A DNA stretch of 64,000 bases from an uncultured virus (IMG/VR IMGVR_UViG_3300021962_006479) (IMGVR_UViG_3300021962_006479); one strand, 5' to 3'; counted from the first letter of the stretch, positions 30,922 to 41,649 are shown. Translations and numbers: made by a program. Notes: generated by a model not told the origin, from the sequence alone.

Positions 30922-33243
30922 ATGAATATTAGTATTATTAAACGAAGTGGGAAAAAAGAACCATTAATGATAGAAAAATGGCAAGCACAGGTTGCTACAG
31001 TGTGCAAAGGAATAGCAGATGTTAGTCCATCGATGGTGGAAATTAAAAGTCAACTACATTTCTATGATGGAATAACCACAAAAGAGATAGATGAAATTAC
31101 GTTACGTGCTGTAGTTGACTTGATTGACGTAGAAAACAATCCAGATGTAGGACATACAAACTATCAATATGTAGCAGGTAAACAACGTTTATCTATGTTG
31201 AGAAAATCAGTATACGGCAACTATGAACCTCCCCGTCTTTATGATATTGTAGTAACTAATGTAGCTACAGGATTATATACGCCAGAACTACTAGAATGGT
31301 ATAGTGAAGATGATTGGAACAAGATGGATGACATGCTTGACCATTCTAAAGATGAACAATATAGTTATGCCGCCATTGAGCAATTAATTGAAAAATATCT
31401 TGTTCGTAATCGTTCAACAAAACAAACATATGAAACACCTCAAATTAGATACATGGTTGCAGCCGCTACAGTTTTTCATAAAGAAGAACCTAATAACGCC
31501 CGTATGCGTTATATTAAAGAATATTACAATGCAGCCAGTGATGGGTTGTTCACTCTTGCTACTCCTGTTCTCGCTGGTCTTGGGACTCCTACTAAACAGT
31601 TTAGTAGTTGCGTACTTATCCGCAGTGACGACGATCTGGATAGCATATTTGCTTCTGGTGAGATGATGGCAAAGTATGCTAGCAAACGTGCTGGCATAGG
31701 CTTAGAAATTGGTAGACTACGACCATTAGGCAGTCCTATTCGTGGTGGCGAGATTATGCACACCGGCATGATTCCGTTCTTAAAGAAATGGTTCGGTGAC
31801 TTAAGAAGTTGCAGTCAAGGAGGTATTCGTAATGCAAGTGCTACTGTATTTTATCCCATTTGGCATCATCAGTTTGATGATCTTATCGTACTTAAAAACA
31901 ATCAAGGAACCGACGAAACACGTGTCAGGTTCATGGACTATGGGGTTGTTCTTAGTGCATTCTTCTGGAGAAGATTTAAAAACAAAGAACAAATAACCTT
32001 CTTTGATCCTAATGAAGTTCCTGATCTTTACCAAGCTTTCTATTCAAATACTGAATTGTTTGAAGAATTATACATTAAATATGAAAAACGTAAAGACTTA
32101 AGAAAGAAAACAATGAGTGCTGAAGAAGTATTCAAGTCGGGCATTCTTAAAGAACGAACAGATACAGGTCGTATCTACTTAGTGTTCGTTGACAATGTTA
32201 TGAATCAAGGACCATTTGATCCTGAATATCATACAATTTACCAGAGTAACTTATGCTGTGAAATTCTTTTACCTACTAAATCCTTTAAACGTCTGGATGA
32301 CAGCGATGGTCGTATCGCTCTTTGCACATTGGGCAGTATCAATTGGGGTGCGTTCCGTAACCCAGAAGATATGCGCCGTGCTTGTCGCATATTGCATCGT
32401 AGCCTCAATAACATTCTTGACTATCAAGACTTTCTATCCATTCAGTCTAAACTATCAAACGATGAAATCAGACCTCTCGGAATTGGAATTACTAATCTTG
32501 CATACTGGCACGCCAAACGAAGTCTCAGATACGGAGAAAAAGATTCCCTGGCTGAAGTCAAGACGTGGATGGAACATCTATCCTTCTACTTAACTGAAGC
32601 AAGTGTAGAACTAGCACAAGAACGTGGTCGTTGCGAACATAGCGATAAAACACGTTATGGGCAAGGTATCTTTCCTTGGGAATTACGTGCCAATGGTGTA
32701 AACGAATTAACTAACTTTGATCCAGAACTTAACTGGGAAGGATTACGTGCTATGATGCGTAGTTATGGTGTCCGTAATGCTACACAAATGGCTGTGGCTC
32801 CTGTAGAATCTAGTTCAGTAGTTATCAACAGTACTAATGGCATTGAAATGCCAATGAGTTTGATATCAGTAAAAGAAAGTAAAGCAGGAAGTTTTGTGCA
32901 AGTTGTTCCCGAATATCATAAATTGAAACATAAATATCAATTGATGTGGGATCAAAAAGATTGTGATGGTTATTTAAAGACCGCGGCAGTTATTGCAGCC
33001 TATGTAGATCAATCAATATCAACTAATACATTCTATAACCCTGCACATTTCCCTGAACGTAAAGTTCCAACAACATTGATTGCTAAGAACTTGATGCAGG
33101 CACATATGTGGGGATTAAAAACATTCTACTATAGCTTGATTAACAAAGCAGGTAGTAAGAGCCAAGATGAAACTGTATTAGATTTGCCTAGTGGCTTTAA
33201 TGATATAGATGAAGAAGAGGATTGCTTAGCCTGCAAATTATAA
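30922..33243 (+). CDS. nrdA: Class Ia ribonucleotide reductase alpha subunit
   Basis: ATP cone, TP.LAG, SSCVL, QSNLCCEI, APVESSS, C-terminal CLACKL. Confidence 0.95.
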   Translation: MNISIIKRSGKKEPLMIEKWQAQVATVCKGIADVSPSMVEIKSQLHFYDGITTKEIDEITLRAVVDLIDVENNPDVGHTNYQYVAGKQRLSMLRKSVYGNYEPPRLYDIVVTNVATGLYTPELLEWYSEDDWNKMDDMLDHSKDEQYSYAAIEQLIEKYLVRNRSTKQTYETPQIRYMVAAATVFHKEEPNNARMRYIKEYYNAASDGLFTLATPVLAGLGTPTKQFSSCVLIRSDDDLDSIFASGEMMAKYASKRAGIGLEIGRLRPLGSPIRGGEIMHTGMIPFLKKWFGDLRSCSQGGIRNASATVFYPIWHHQFDDLIVLKNNQGTDETRVRFMDYGVVLSAFFWRRFKNKEQITFFDPNEVPDLYQAFYSNTELFEELYIKYEKRKDLRKKTMSAEEVFKSGILKERTDTGRIYLVFVDNVMNQGPFDPEYHTIYQSNLCCEILLPTKSFKRLDDSDGRIALCTLGSINWGAFRNPEDMRRACRILHRSLNNILDYQDFLSIQSKLSNDEIRPLGIGITNLAYWHAKRSLRYGEKDSLAEVKTWMEHLSFYLTEASVELAQERGRCEHSDKTRYGQGIFPWELRANGVNELTNFDPELNWEGLRAMMRSYGVRNATQMAVAPVESSSVVINSTNGIEMPMSLISVKESKAGSFVQVVPEYHKLKHKYQLMWDQKDCDGYLKTAAVIAAYVDQSISTNTFYNPAHFPERKVPTTLIAKNLMQAHMWGLKTFYYSLINKAGSKSQDETVLDLPSGFNDIDEEEDCLACKL

Positions 33244-33893
33244 TGTTAGAAACAATTTGTGATATTATGGTAGACGCTTATAAGCGTAATTGGATTACTA
33301 GTCGTGACGGCAATGTAAGTATTCGCCATCATGACCGTGACCATTTTTACATCACACCCAGTGGTGTGCGTAAGCAGACAATGCAACCTGATCAATTTAA
33401 GAAGATTGGCATTGAACAAGGCTACTATGACCAACCTCCTAAACCATACTATTCTTGGAAAGAATTGGCATATACAGACATTAGTGAGAAACTAAAACCT
33501 AGTGGAGAAATACCACTACACTTTGGTTTACAACGAGAATTAGGACAACACGCCAATGATGTAAGAGTTGTAGTTCATTTACACCCTACTTATTGTATTG
33601 CGGCAATGCATGCCGGTATTGATTTAAACACAATATGTGATTCATTCCCTGAACTCAATCGTTATACTAAAGTAGCACCAAATGTAGGTGATGTTCCTCC
33701 CATCAGTCAAGAATTAGCAGATAAGTGTCATAAGAATTTACAGTTAGATAAAGACGGCAATATTGCTTATGATATTGTAGGCATTAAAGGACACGGTGTA
33801 GTTGCCATTGACACAAGCCCATGGCGTGCTTACGAGCATATAGAAAGATTAGAACACATTTGCAAGATTGTACTTGCTTCAGGTAAATTTTAA
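33243..33893 (+). CDS. Class II aldolase/adducin family protein
   Basis: DGNVS, ITPSG, PSGE...H, VVHLHP, GHG; ATG overlaps the nrdA stop. Confidence 0.85.
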   Translation: MLETICDIMVDAYKRNWITSRDGNVSIRHHDRDHFYITPSGVRKQTMQPDQFKKIGIEQGYYDQPPKPYYSWKELAYTDISEKLKPSGEIPLHFGLQRELGQHANDVRVVVHLHPTYCIAAMHAGIDLNTICDSFPELNRYTKVAPNVGDVPPISQELADKCHKNLQLDKDGNIAYDIVGIKGHGVVAIDTSPWRAYEHIERLEHICKIVLASGKF

Positions 33894-33903
33894 GGAGAAA
33901 ACT

Positions 33904-34593
33904 ATGTTTGAAACAACTTATCAAAATGGAATATCATATCGTTCCGCCAGCGAAATTAACTCAGCAATGGGTCGTGTCTATGGACATATGAGTATTGCTG
34001 TTATTGTATCAATGTTTGTCAGTTACTTTGTAGGCACTAGCCCAGAGTTGCTACAATTATTTTTTACAGGCTGGACAAAGTGGCTTGTGATTTTCTCACC
34101 ACTATTAGCTATCTTTGGTGTTAGCTATGTATTAGCTAACAATCCAAGTAAAAGTATAGCACAATTATGTTTACATGGCTTTGCCGCATTAATGGGATTA
34201 AGCTTTGCTACAATCTTTGCGGTATTCACTATGGGTAGTATTGTGTCAGCATTTATGGGTGCAGGTATCTTATTTGGTGTTATGAGTGGTTATGGCTACT
34301 TTACTAAACAAAGTTTAGATAGTGTTGGTAAGTTTATGATTGTAGGATTGATTGCTATCATCATTGCCAGCATTGTTAATATCTTTATTGGCAGTACAGT
34401 TATGCAGATGGTAATTAGTGCATTAGCTATTATCATCTTTCTTGGATTAACTGCATATGACACACAAAAGATCCGTGAAGAACTAAGTGTACAAGCTAAT
34501 GACGTTGCAGAAGTACGTGGTGCATTAACACTATATATGGACTTTATTAATCTGTTTATAAATCTATTACAACTGTTTGGTGATAGAAAATAA
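33904..34593 (+). CDS. Bax inhibitor-1/YccA family membrane protein
   Basis: About seven TM segments, YDTQKI, ALTLYMDFINLF; AAGGAG RBS. Confidence 0.85.
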   Translation: MFETTYQNGISYRSASEINSAMGRVYGHMSIAVIVSMFVSYFVGTSPELLQLFFTGWTKWLVIFSPLLAIFGVSYVLANNPSKSIAQLCLHGFAALMGLSFATIFAVFTMGSIVSAFMGAGILFGVMSGYGYFTKQSLDSVGKFMIVGLIAIIIASIVNIFIGSTVMQMVISALAIIIFLGLTAYDTQKIREELSVQANDVAEVRGALTLYMDFINLFINLLQLFGDRK

Positions 34594-34625
34594 ATGGCGA
34601 ATGAACGAATAAAAAGAAAGAAAAT

Positions 34626-35726
34626 ATGAGTAAACAACAATACAACCTACACACTAAGACAGATTATTTGAATAGAAAAATGTTTTTGGATCCGGAAGGT
34701 CCCGTAACCATTCAAAGATTTGAAGAAGTAAAATATAAAAAGATTGCAGACTTTGAAACAACGGCCCGTGGTTTCTTTTGGGTCCCAGAAGAAATTTCTC
34801 TAACCAAGGATGCCAATGATTTCAAAGATGCAAGTGACGCAGTAAAACATATCTTTACCAGTAACCTATTGCGTCAAACAGCATTAGATAGTTTACAAGG
34901 ACGTGCACCTAGTCAAGTGTTTACTCCAGTAGTAAGTTTACCTGAATTAGAAGCATTGATATACAATTGGTCATTCTTTGAAACTAACATTCATAGTCGT
35001 AGCTATAGTCATATCATTCGTAATATCTATAACGTACCTAAAGATGTATTCAATACTATCCATGACACAAAAGAGATTGTTGACATGGCAAGTAGTGTTG
35101 GCAGATATTATGATGAATTACACAAAGTAAATTGTCGTAAAGAGTTGGATGAAAATGTTAATGAAAAAGAACATATCAAAGCAATTTATATGGCACTACA
35201 TGCCAGTTACGCATTAGAAGCATTTAGATTTATGGTATCATTTGCTACATCGTTAGCAATGGTTGAAAACAAAATCTTTATTGGTAATGGCAACATTATC
35301 AGTTTAATTCTCCAAGATGAATTGTTACATAAAGGCTGGACTGCCTACCTTATCAATCAAGTAGTTAAAGAAGATAGTCGTTTTGCACAAGTTAAATCAG
35401 AGTGTGAAAGTGAAGTCTATCAACTTTATATGGATGTGATTAAAGAAGAAAAAGATTGGGCAGATTATTTGTTTAAGATGGGTCCGGTTATTGGATTAAA
35501 TGCCGCAGTATTAAAAGACTTTGTTGATTATACTGCTGTAGGTGCATTGAAAGAAATTGGAATAAGATATAACAATCCTGCCCCAAAGAGTACACCTATC
35601 CCCTGGTTCACTAAACATAGTGATACCAGTAAGAAACAATCTGCATTGCAGGAAACTGAATCAACAAATTACGTTATAGGCGTAATGTCAGAATCATTAA
35701 ACTATGATGATTTACCAAATATTTAA
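34626..35726 (+). CDS. nrdB: Class Ia ribonucleotide reductase beta subunit
   Basis: FW.PEE, LDS.Q, ETNIHSRSY, LEA.RF..SF, DE.LH. Confidence 0.95.
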   Translation: MSKQQYNLHTKTDYLNRKMFLDPEGPVTIQRFEEVKYKKIADFETTARGFFWVPEEISLTKDANDFKDASDAVKHIFTSNLLRQTALDSLQGRAPSQVFTPVVSLPELEALIYNWSFFETNIHSRSYSHIIRNIYNVPKDVFNTIHDTKEIVDMASSVGRYYDELHKVNCRKELDENVNEKEHIKAIYMALHASYALEAFRFMVSFATSLAMVENKIFIGNGNIISLILQDELLHKGWTAYLINQVVKEDSRFAQVKSECESEVYQLYMDVIKEEKDWADYLFKMGPVIGLNAAVLKDFVDYTAVGALKEIGIRYNNPAPKSTPIPWFTKHSDTSKKQSALQETESTNYVIGVMSESLNYDDLPNI

Positions 35727-35738
35727 GGAGAATAAAAA

Positions 35739-35969
35739 ATGAAAGCAGTTATTTGGTCGAAGTACCATTGTCCCTACTGTGACCAAGCAAAAGCCTTGTT
35801 ACATCAAAAGGGTATTCCGTTTGAAGAAAAGAAAATTGGAGACGGATATACCAAAGAAGAATTGCTAGAAGCAATCCCGTCAGCAAGAACAGTACCCCAA
35901 ATCATTTTAGATGGTGAATTGATTGGTGGATTTAATGAACTTAAACAATTTTTAACAAAGGCAACGTAG
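35739..35969 (+). CDS. Glutaredoxin
   Basis: CPYC, RTVPQI, IGG. Confidence 0.92.
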   Translation: MKAVIWSKYHCPYCDQAKALLHQKGIPFEEKKIGDGYTKEELLEAIPSARTVPQIILDGELIGGFNELKQFLTKAT

Positions 35970-36554
35970 TTATTTAAACTTGCACTTATTACCATGTGAT
36001 CTAGCAAAGTTCCTTATGTCCACCTCTTTATTGCAATGTGGACATATTTTTTTAGGTACTGATTTTCCGTACATGGGATTCTTTTCACCCTTATTAGCAC
36101 ACTGTGGTAGTTTATATCCTGACTTGCCTTTATTCCATACAGTCTTGCCTAACATTTTTAATCTTCTCTTTTCAACACATGCATTGGATTGTTTTCTACC
36201 AATTGCTTTAGCTCTAATCAATTCCTTTGATTCTGACCGCATAATTGATCCAATCTTTCTACCTGCCCCGGAACCTGTTTCCGGTATCTTGTTGGCCCAA
36301 ATTTTATTACCAAAATCATCTTGTGCGTTTACTATATTCCATTTAGAACTATATAATATTCCCCAACTTACTATTTCAGCCTTATCGGTAGTTTGTAATA
36401 AAACTTCAGTATGGACTTCATAACCATGTTTCTTTAAATGAATTTTCCAGTCAGTACCTGATCCTGGATATAGGTGAGGATTTTGTTTAGTGTAACCGAA
36501 ATATTTAAGACCTGTCTTTTTATGGGTCTTGATATATAGTGAATAAATACTCAT
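35970..36554 (-). CDS. GIY-YIG-like homing endonuclease with NUMOD3 tail
   Basis: LYIKTH..TGLKYFG...Y.GSG..W; NPMYGK; terminal CPHC..H...C; inverted insertion with its own TATAAATA. Confidence 0.75.
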   Translation of the reverse strand: MSIYSLYIKTHKKTGLKYFGYTKQNPHLYPGSGTDWKIHLKKHGYEVHTEVLLQTTDKAEIVSWGILYSSKWNIVNAQDDFGNKIWANKIPETGSGAGRKIGSIMRSESKELIRAKAIGRKQSNACVEKRRLKMLGKTVWNKGKSGYKLPQCANKGEKNPMYGKSVPKKICPHCNKEVDIRNFARSHGNKCKFK

Positions 36555-36622
36555 GCTGATTGCTCTCCATAGCGTTAGAGTAGTTGGGAACTCTAATTCC
36601 GCGAACTACACTATTATTTATA
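36555..36622 (-). promoter_or_regulatory. T4-type late promoter TATAAATA plus structured 5' leader of the endonuclease gene
   Basis: TATTTATA at 36615-36622 on +; leader hairpin GUAGUU-GGAA/UUCC-AACUAC. Confidence 0.6.
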
Positions 36623-36636
36623 CACAAAGGATAAAA

Positions 36637-36942
36637 ATGAAATTTATAACAGGGTCGGTCATGACAATAAAAATGAATAGTGGAGAAGAGTTAATAGCTA
36701 AAGTGACTAGTGTATCCGATGAAAATGGGTTCATCACTATTGAAGAACCAGTATCTATTGCCCCATCACAACAGGGTATGCAAATGATTCCAAGCATTTT
36801 CACTGCAAATCCGAAGGGTGAATTTAAGCTAAATACTACTAATGTTGCAATGTATGCAGAAACAGATGATAGTATTAAAGATAAGTACCTAGAAGCAACA
36901 ACTGGTATTAAAGTACCTAGTAAAAAAATCGTATTGGGATAA
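36637..36942 (+). CDS. Sm-like domain phage protein
   Basis: IKMNSGEELIAKV...TGIKVP; AAGGA RBS. Confidence 0.6.
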   Translation: MKFITGSVMTIKMNSGEELIAKVTSVSDENGFITIEEPVSIAPSQQGMQMIPSIFTANPKGEFKLNTTNVAMYAETDDSIKDKYLEATTGIKVPSKKIVLG

Positions 36943-36943
36943 A

Positions 36944-37228
36944 ATGGCAAAATTAAGTCGTGTGGGAGATGCAAATCAAGAGGGTGGCACTATAATTCGT
37001 GGTGCTAGCACTGTATTTGCAAATGGAATTCAAGTTGGATTACATGTTAGTCAGATTACACCACACGCGCCATGGAGTAGAAAAGGACATCCGCCGCATA
37101 AGGCAGCAACAACTACTGATGGTAGTCCAACTGTTTTTTGTGAGGGGGTACCAGTACTTAGAGTAGGATCAGGAAACACTTGCGGTCATAGTATCGTACA
37201 AGGTAGTCCTGATGTGTTTGTCCCATGA
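36944..37228 (+). CDS. PAAR spike protein
   Basis: SRVGD, GS.TVF..G.P..R.G...CGH....GS.DVF. Confidence 0.88.
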   Translation: MAKLSRVGDANQEGGTIIRGASTVFANGIQVGLHVSQITPHAPWSRKGHPPHKAATTTDGSPTVFCEGVPVLRVGSGNTCGHSIVQGSPDVFVP

Positions 37229-38313
37229 GTGATACAGGAAAACAAAGCCCATTAGGTGTTAATACATTAAGTTCACTATTACAAAATATTGGATTTAATA
37301 TTAACCCTATTATGATAGACTTTACTGGTTCTAGTACCAGTGTGTCATCTGCTACACAATTAGGTAAAATTGTTAATGACACTTGTTTACGATTACTAAC
37401 ATATTCAATCAATGATGCGTATAGTAGAGGACAAGTTAATAGTACAACCTATAACAATTTAATATCCATTGGTTCTACTACTATACCTGCATTAGGTAAT
37501 AGTCCACCATCAACATTTAATTGGAGTGGATATCCCAATTGGGCTAGCAATTACACATATACTAATGAAGTAACACGTTGGGGTTATGTGAGATTGTTTG
37601 CATTACAGGGTTATAACGAATTTAATTACAATAGCGGTTTATCAGCCGATGCCGGAGCATATAAAGATTTCTTATCTGGCTTTATGTCAACTTGCAGTTT
37701 TATTGAATCTAGTAATGATGCTATACTAGCAGTAAACAATTCACAAGAATTTTTAGATGGTACATATAGTAATATGGACGATTTAACTACGGGTGATATT
37801 ACTGGTGTTAGTGTAGCAACTACTATATTTGGTCAAGATTTAATTGCCAGTGGAAAAGCAATAAATTTACAAACAATTGCTACATTTGGTTTGCCTAGTA
37901 ATCTATTATTTACTCTACAGAAAAATAATGCTATTACTAAATCAGTAAGTCTTGCACTAATTGCAAGCAATATAACGGTATCAGAGTTAGAACAGATATT
38001 AGGTAATATTTCATCTGTAACCAAAGAACAAGAACGTAAGATATACGGAGCATTTGGTATTATTTTAGGACAAGATTTAAAAGATATATTAGTATCATTA
38101 AATTGTAAGACAGTTGGTTTAGAATCATTAGCAGATTTATTAAATCCATTAAAGTTATTTCCTAATAGCTATGCAACATTAACAGTTCCAGTGTATAATA
38201 CAATTGGTGGACCTGCTAATAGTAAAATATATTATCCTATATATGTTAATGATGGATTGAATAGTCAGCTAAGATCACCTACAGCAGTACAACAAAATGG
38301 AGTAGTAATTTAA
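37225..38313 (+). CDS. Putative baseplate/virion structural protein
   Basis: Long ORF translationally coupled to PAAR; no diagnostic motif. Confidence 0.45.
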   Translation: MSDTGKQSPLGVNTLSSLLQNIGFNINPIMIDFTGSSTSVSSATQLGKIVNDTCLRLLTYSINDAYSRGQVNSTTYNNLISIGSTTIPALGNSPPSTFNWSGYPNWASNYTYTNEVTRWGYVRLFALQGYNEFNYNSGLSADAGAYKDFLSGFMSTCSFIESSNDAILAVNNSQEFLDGTYSNMDDLTTGDITGVSVATTIFGQDLIASGKAINLQTIATFGLPSNLLFTLQKNNAITKSVSLALIASNITVSELEQILGNISSVTKEQERKIYGAFGIILGQDLKDILVSLNCKTVGLESLADLLNPLKLFPNSYATLTVPVYNTIGGPANSKIYYPIYVNDGLNSQLRSPTAVQQNGVVI

Positions 38314-39830
38314 TGGCCGGCATTTTTCAAAATCTTAGATTAACTTCAGAACGTAATGACATGGATGCACCTGCTAGCAATGCGTATGAAACTACCACAG
38401 CTAGTACAAATGTTGCTCAATCTAGTACAGAACAGATTACACAACCTAATCCATTAACTGTACAAGCCATACCACAAGGGTTTGGTGCATATTTAGATGG
38501 TATATTGCCACCTGATATTGCTAAAGCGGCTGGATCATTTAGTGTATCAATGCAACAGATTAAAAACATTTCTAGTGTGCCTATTGAAAAGTTTGCACAA
38601 GTAGTTAATAGTTTAGAAACAAATAAAAACTTAAATGTGAATGGTACTAGTGTGCCAACTGATACTACATTAGCAACTCAAGGATTAGCCTTAATTGCAT
38701 TAGGTAATGGTCCATATGGTACGTACACAATGAGTAATTTCTTAGGATGTATGAGTGGATTACCTTATCTTGGTATAGATATCGACGGTTTAATAAAGAA
38801 CGTACAAACAACTACACTGTCTGACATTTATAAAAATATATATCTAGCAGTTACATGGGAACAGGCTACTGCTACATGGAATGGTACATCTTTTACTTAC
38901 ACTAATAAAGGTGGTGGATATGCAAGCGCACCCACCGTAACTGTAGGTGGTAATCCAGCAACTGCTATAATAGGTACTGATTCTACGGATATAACTACAT
39001 ATGGTAGGATTATATCTATTAGTTATTCAGGTGCAGCCGGTACTGTAGTAATAAATCCTCCTCCCGGTGGTGGTTGGCCAACCATGAATACAGTTATTCA
39101 AAGTTATATTGATGCTGCCAACGCTGAGATACTATCAATTAAAAATAGTCAGCCGGCTTTAGCACAACAGTTAATTACTAATTGGGAACTTACTGGAACA
39201 TTATTATCAGTAGAACAACGTGCAATTGCCACAGGTATGACAATAGGTGTACCTAACAGTTCACCAAGCTATTTAAGAGAACCAACGATAGCGGCATTTC
39301 CTAGTACACAATATGCTTTTGTAGATAGTATACCACGATATGCTACATTTACTCAACCGCATATGTATTCACAAACCTTAGAAGCTATTGCTAATTATAA
39401 TACTGTTGGCGGAAGAAGTATAGTAGCAATGTTACGTGAATCTCGTAATCAAGCTAGATTGCAAGAAGCCGGTATACCGGTAGATAACAACATAGCTAAC
39501 AAATTAACTAAACAACAAGAATCAGAGTTAATTGCTAATGGAATATTAGGCGGCAGTGTACCTGCAACATTAGCAACTGAAATTGGATCACCCGTACCTT
39601 TTGGATATTATGATCCAGTTGATGACCGTTATTATAGTGATGGTGTTGCAATAGATATAGGTGAAGCAGTTGAGCCGGGTAGTTTTGCAGGATCAAGATA
39701 TAGTAATTTAATACCACCTCAGCTATCAGTAATATATGCATCTGACATATTATTACCTGCAACTTATTCTGTACAAGAAGCAATAGACGAAGTAATTCGT
39801 TGCAATTGCGATTGTTGGGATAACATTTAA
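38313..39830 (+). CDS. Putative baseplate/virion structural protein
   Basis: T.KGGGY.SAPTVTV motif; C-terminal CNCDCW. Confidence 0.45.
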   Translation: MAGIFQNLRLTSERNDMDAPASNAYETTTASTNVAQSSTEQITQPNPLTVQAIPQGFGAYLDGILPPDIAKAAGSFSVSMQQIKNISSVPIEKFAQVVNSLETNKNLNVNGTSVPTDTTLATQGLALIALGNGPYGTYTMSNFLGCMSGLPYLGIDIDGLIKNVQTTTLSDIYKNIYLAVTWEQATATWNGTSFTYTNKGGGYASAPTVTVGGNPATAIIGTDSTDITTYGRIISISYSGAAGTVVINPPPGGGWPTMNTVIQSYIDAANAEILSIKNSQPALAQQLITNWELTGTLLSVEQRAIATGMTIGVPNSSPSYLREPTIAAFPSTQYAFVDSIPRYATFTQPHMYSQTLEAIANYNTVGGRSIVAMLRESRNQARLQEAGIPVDNNIANKLTKQQESELIANGILGGSVPATLATEIGSPVPFGYYDPVDDRYYSDGVAIDIGEAVEPGSFAGSRYSNLIPPQLSVIYASDILLPATYSVQEAIDEVIRCNCDCWDNI

Positions 39831-39866
39831 ATTCCATAGCTTAGAAATAAGCAGAAAGGATAAATT

Positions 39867-40463
39867 ATGAATTTAAGCCAACCTATTAAAATTTTAATAG
39901 CATTATTGTTTTTAACAATTGTTTTTATAATTGACCAAATGACAAATGTAGTAGAAACTAATTTAATAATAGCAGAAACTAAAATTGCAAAAGCAGTAGA
40001 TCCAAATCAATTAACATGTATGGCTAAGAATATATTTTATGAAGCAGGTAGTGAATCATTAAATGGGCAAGCGGCAGTAGCACGTGTTGTAATGAATAGA
40101 ATAGCACATGGCTTTGGCAAAGATCCATGCGCTGTAATATATCAAGCATCACATGTAGATAGACTAATAGACGATGAAATGCAAAAGGTAAAACTATGTC
40201 AGTTTAGTTGGGTATGTGAGGGGAAAGGTGAGCCAAATAAAAACAGCACAAGATATAAACAAGCAGAACAAGTAGCATACGATGTATTAGCACATGATGC
40301 ATATACTGATGTAGTACCAAAATCAACACTATTTTTTCACAATTTAAGTGTAGACCCATTGTGGCCTTATAAACAAGTAGCAAAAATTGGCAATCATATA
40401 TTCTACAGTAAGGCTAAAAAGCCTACCCAAAAGATTATAGTTAAATCAGAAAATGATATATAA
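39867..40463 (+). CDS. SleB-like cell-wall hydrolase (Hydrolase_2)
   Basis: CMA.NI.YEA..E...GQ.AVA.VV.NR, CQFSW, IGNHIFY; N-terminal TM. Confidence 0.9.
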   Translation: MNLSQPIKILIALLFLTIVFIIDQMTNVVETNLIIAETKIAKAVDPNQLTCMAKNIFYEAGSESLNGQAAVARVVMNRIAHGFGKDPCAVIYQASHVDRLIDDEMQKVKLCQFSWVCEGKGEPNKNSTRYKQAEQVAYDVLAHDAYTDVVPKSTLFFHNLSVDPLWPYKQVAKIGNHIFYSKAKKPTQKIIVKSENDI

Positions 40464-40469
40464 TAGCTA

Positions 40470-40946
40470 ATGAGTGACAAACCAAATTCAGCTAATGGTG
40501 TCAGTAGTTATGATTCTACTGGTACAGGTTCACTAATTCATTTCTTTAACCGTAATGTAACACCTTATGCTACAGAAAGTAGTGGACCTAAGTTTGATTT
40601 AGTTCCTGTTGAAAAGCATAAAGATATTATGCTTAATGTTGCTAGATTACACGCCAAACAAGAATATGATAGAATAATGGAACTGGTAAATGTGTTACAA
40701 AAACAAGCAGAACAGATTAAACATAGATTAGATTTAACTGATATGGTTCATGCCGCAAAATACGACTTTCAATTAGCAAATGGTAATATATATTGGTTGT
40801 TGTTTGATACACGTAAACAGTTTACTAGATTAAGTATTCATGGACCCAATGATTGGTCTGCTGGTAAACCAGTTGATTACGAATATATATGTAAAGTTAA
40901 ATGGTTAGGTGATCACACTTGGATAGAGGTAGAAGATGATAAATAA
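40470..40946 (+). CDS. DUF2452-like protein
   Basis: Coiled coil followed by AKY.F....G..Y.L, LS..GP.DW, D.TW. Confidence 0.55.
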   Translation: MSDKPNSANGVSSYDSTGTGSLIHFFNRNVTPYATESSGPKFDLVPVEKHKDIMLNVARLHAKQEYDRIMELVNVLQKQAEQIKHRLDLTDMVHAAKYDFQLANGNIYWLLFDTRKQFTRLSIHGPNDWSAGKPVDYEYICKVKWLGDHTWIEVEDDK

Positions 40947-41505
40947 AAGTCCAGAAAAAGGTACATTTCAAATTAAATCTCAATTAAAGCGTGTTGAAGA
41001 GGGCACCAAAACACCCGAATTAGCACAAGAAATGATTAAATTCTATGAGGAATGGCACCAGCAAACTCTTGAACTTGAAGAAACTGATGAGTGGAAAAAA
41101 GATAACATGGAGTATGACCTACGTAGTACGCAATGGATCATTGACAAAGTTAAAGGTGATGAAGTATATGCACAAAATTTGTATGCCTCTATGTGTAACA
41201 ATGATTTTACTAAGAATGATGTATGGCCAATCTTAACTGAGAAAAAGTGGAGTTGTAGTTGGAGACATGCTGGTGGTATCATTGCTGATATGCAAGAGAA
41301 GGGCGATTACATTGATTGGTATTGTAGTGGTATCAGAGATAGTAAGATATTAGATGATGATGAATTTCGTGCCCTTACAAAAGAACAACAAGAATACTAT
41401 ATACAAAGTAAGAAGTTTGTACCTGAAAGTGTAGTAACTGATGAGATAAGAGAAGATTTGTTGAAATTAGGTTGGATAGTAATAGACAATACTGATGAAC
41501 ACTAA
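40936..41505 (+). CDS. Conserved hypothetical phage protein
   Basis: YAQNLY..MCNN, SWR.AGG.IAD, DWYCSG. Confidence 0.55.
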   Translation: MINKSPEKGTFQIKSQLKRVEEGTKTPELAQEMIKFYEEWHQQTLELEETDEWKKDNMEYDLRSTQWIIDKVKGDEVYAQNLYASMCNNDFTKNDVWPILTEKKWSCSWRHAGGIIADMQEKGDYIDWYCSGIRDSKILDDDEFRALTKEQQEYYIQSKKFVPESVVTDEIREDLLKLGWIVIDNTDEH

Positions 41506-41532
41506 ATACAGTACATACAAGGAGAACTCATT

Positions 41533-41649
41533 ATGTTAGAAACATTATTTTGGTTAGCACTAGGTGCATTTATTGGTTGGAATTTCCCACAGCCTCAGTT
41601 TGCAAAGAATATACAAGCAAAAATTTTGACTATGTTCAAAAAAGATTAA
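41533..41649 (+). CDS. 38-aa single-TM small protein (absent from ORF track)
   Basis: AAGGAG RBS, upstream ACTAAATA; MLETLFWLALGAFIGWNFPQPQFAK... Confidence 0.6.
   Translation: MLETLFWLALGAFIGWNFPQPQFAKNIQAKILTMFKKD

Noticed and set aside
30922..35726. Introns or inteins in nrdA and nrdB
   Set aside because: Both ORFs are continuous and of normal class Ia length; nearby endonucleases are free-standing
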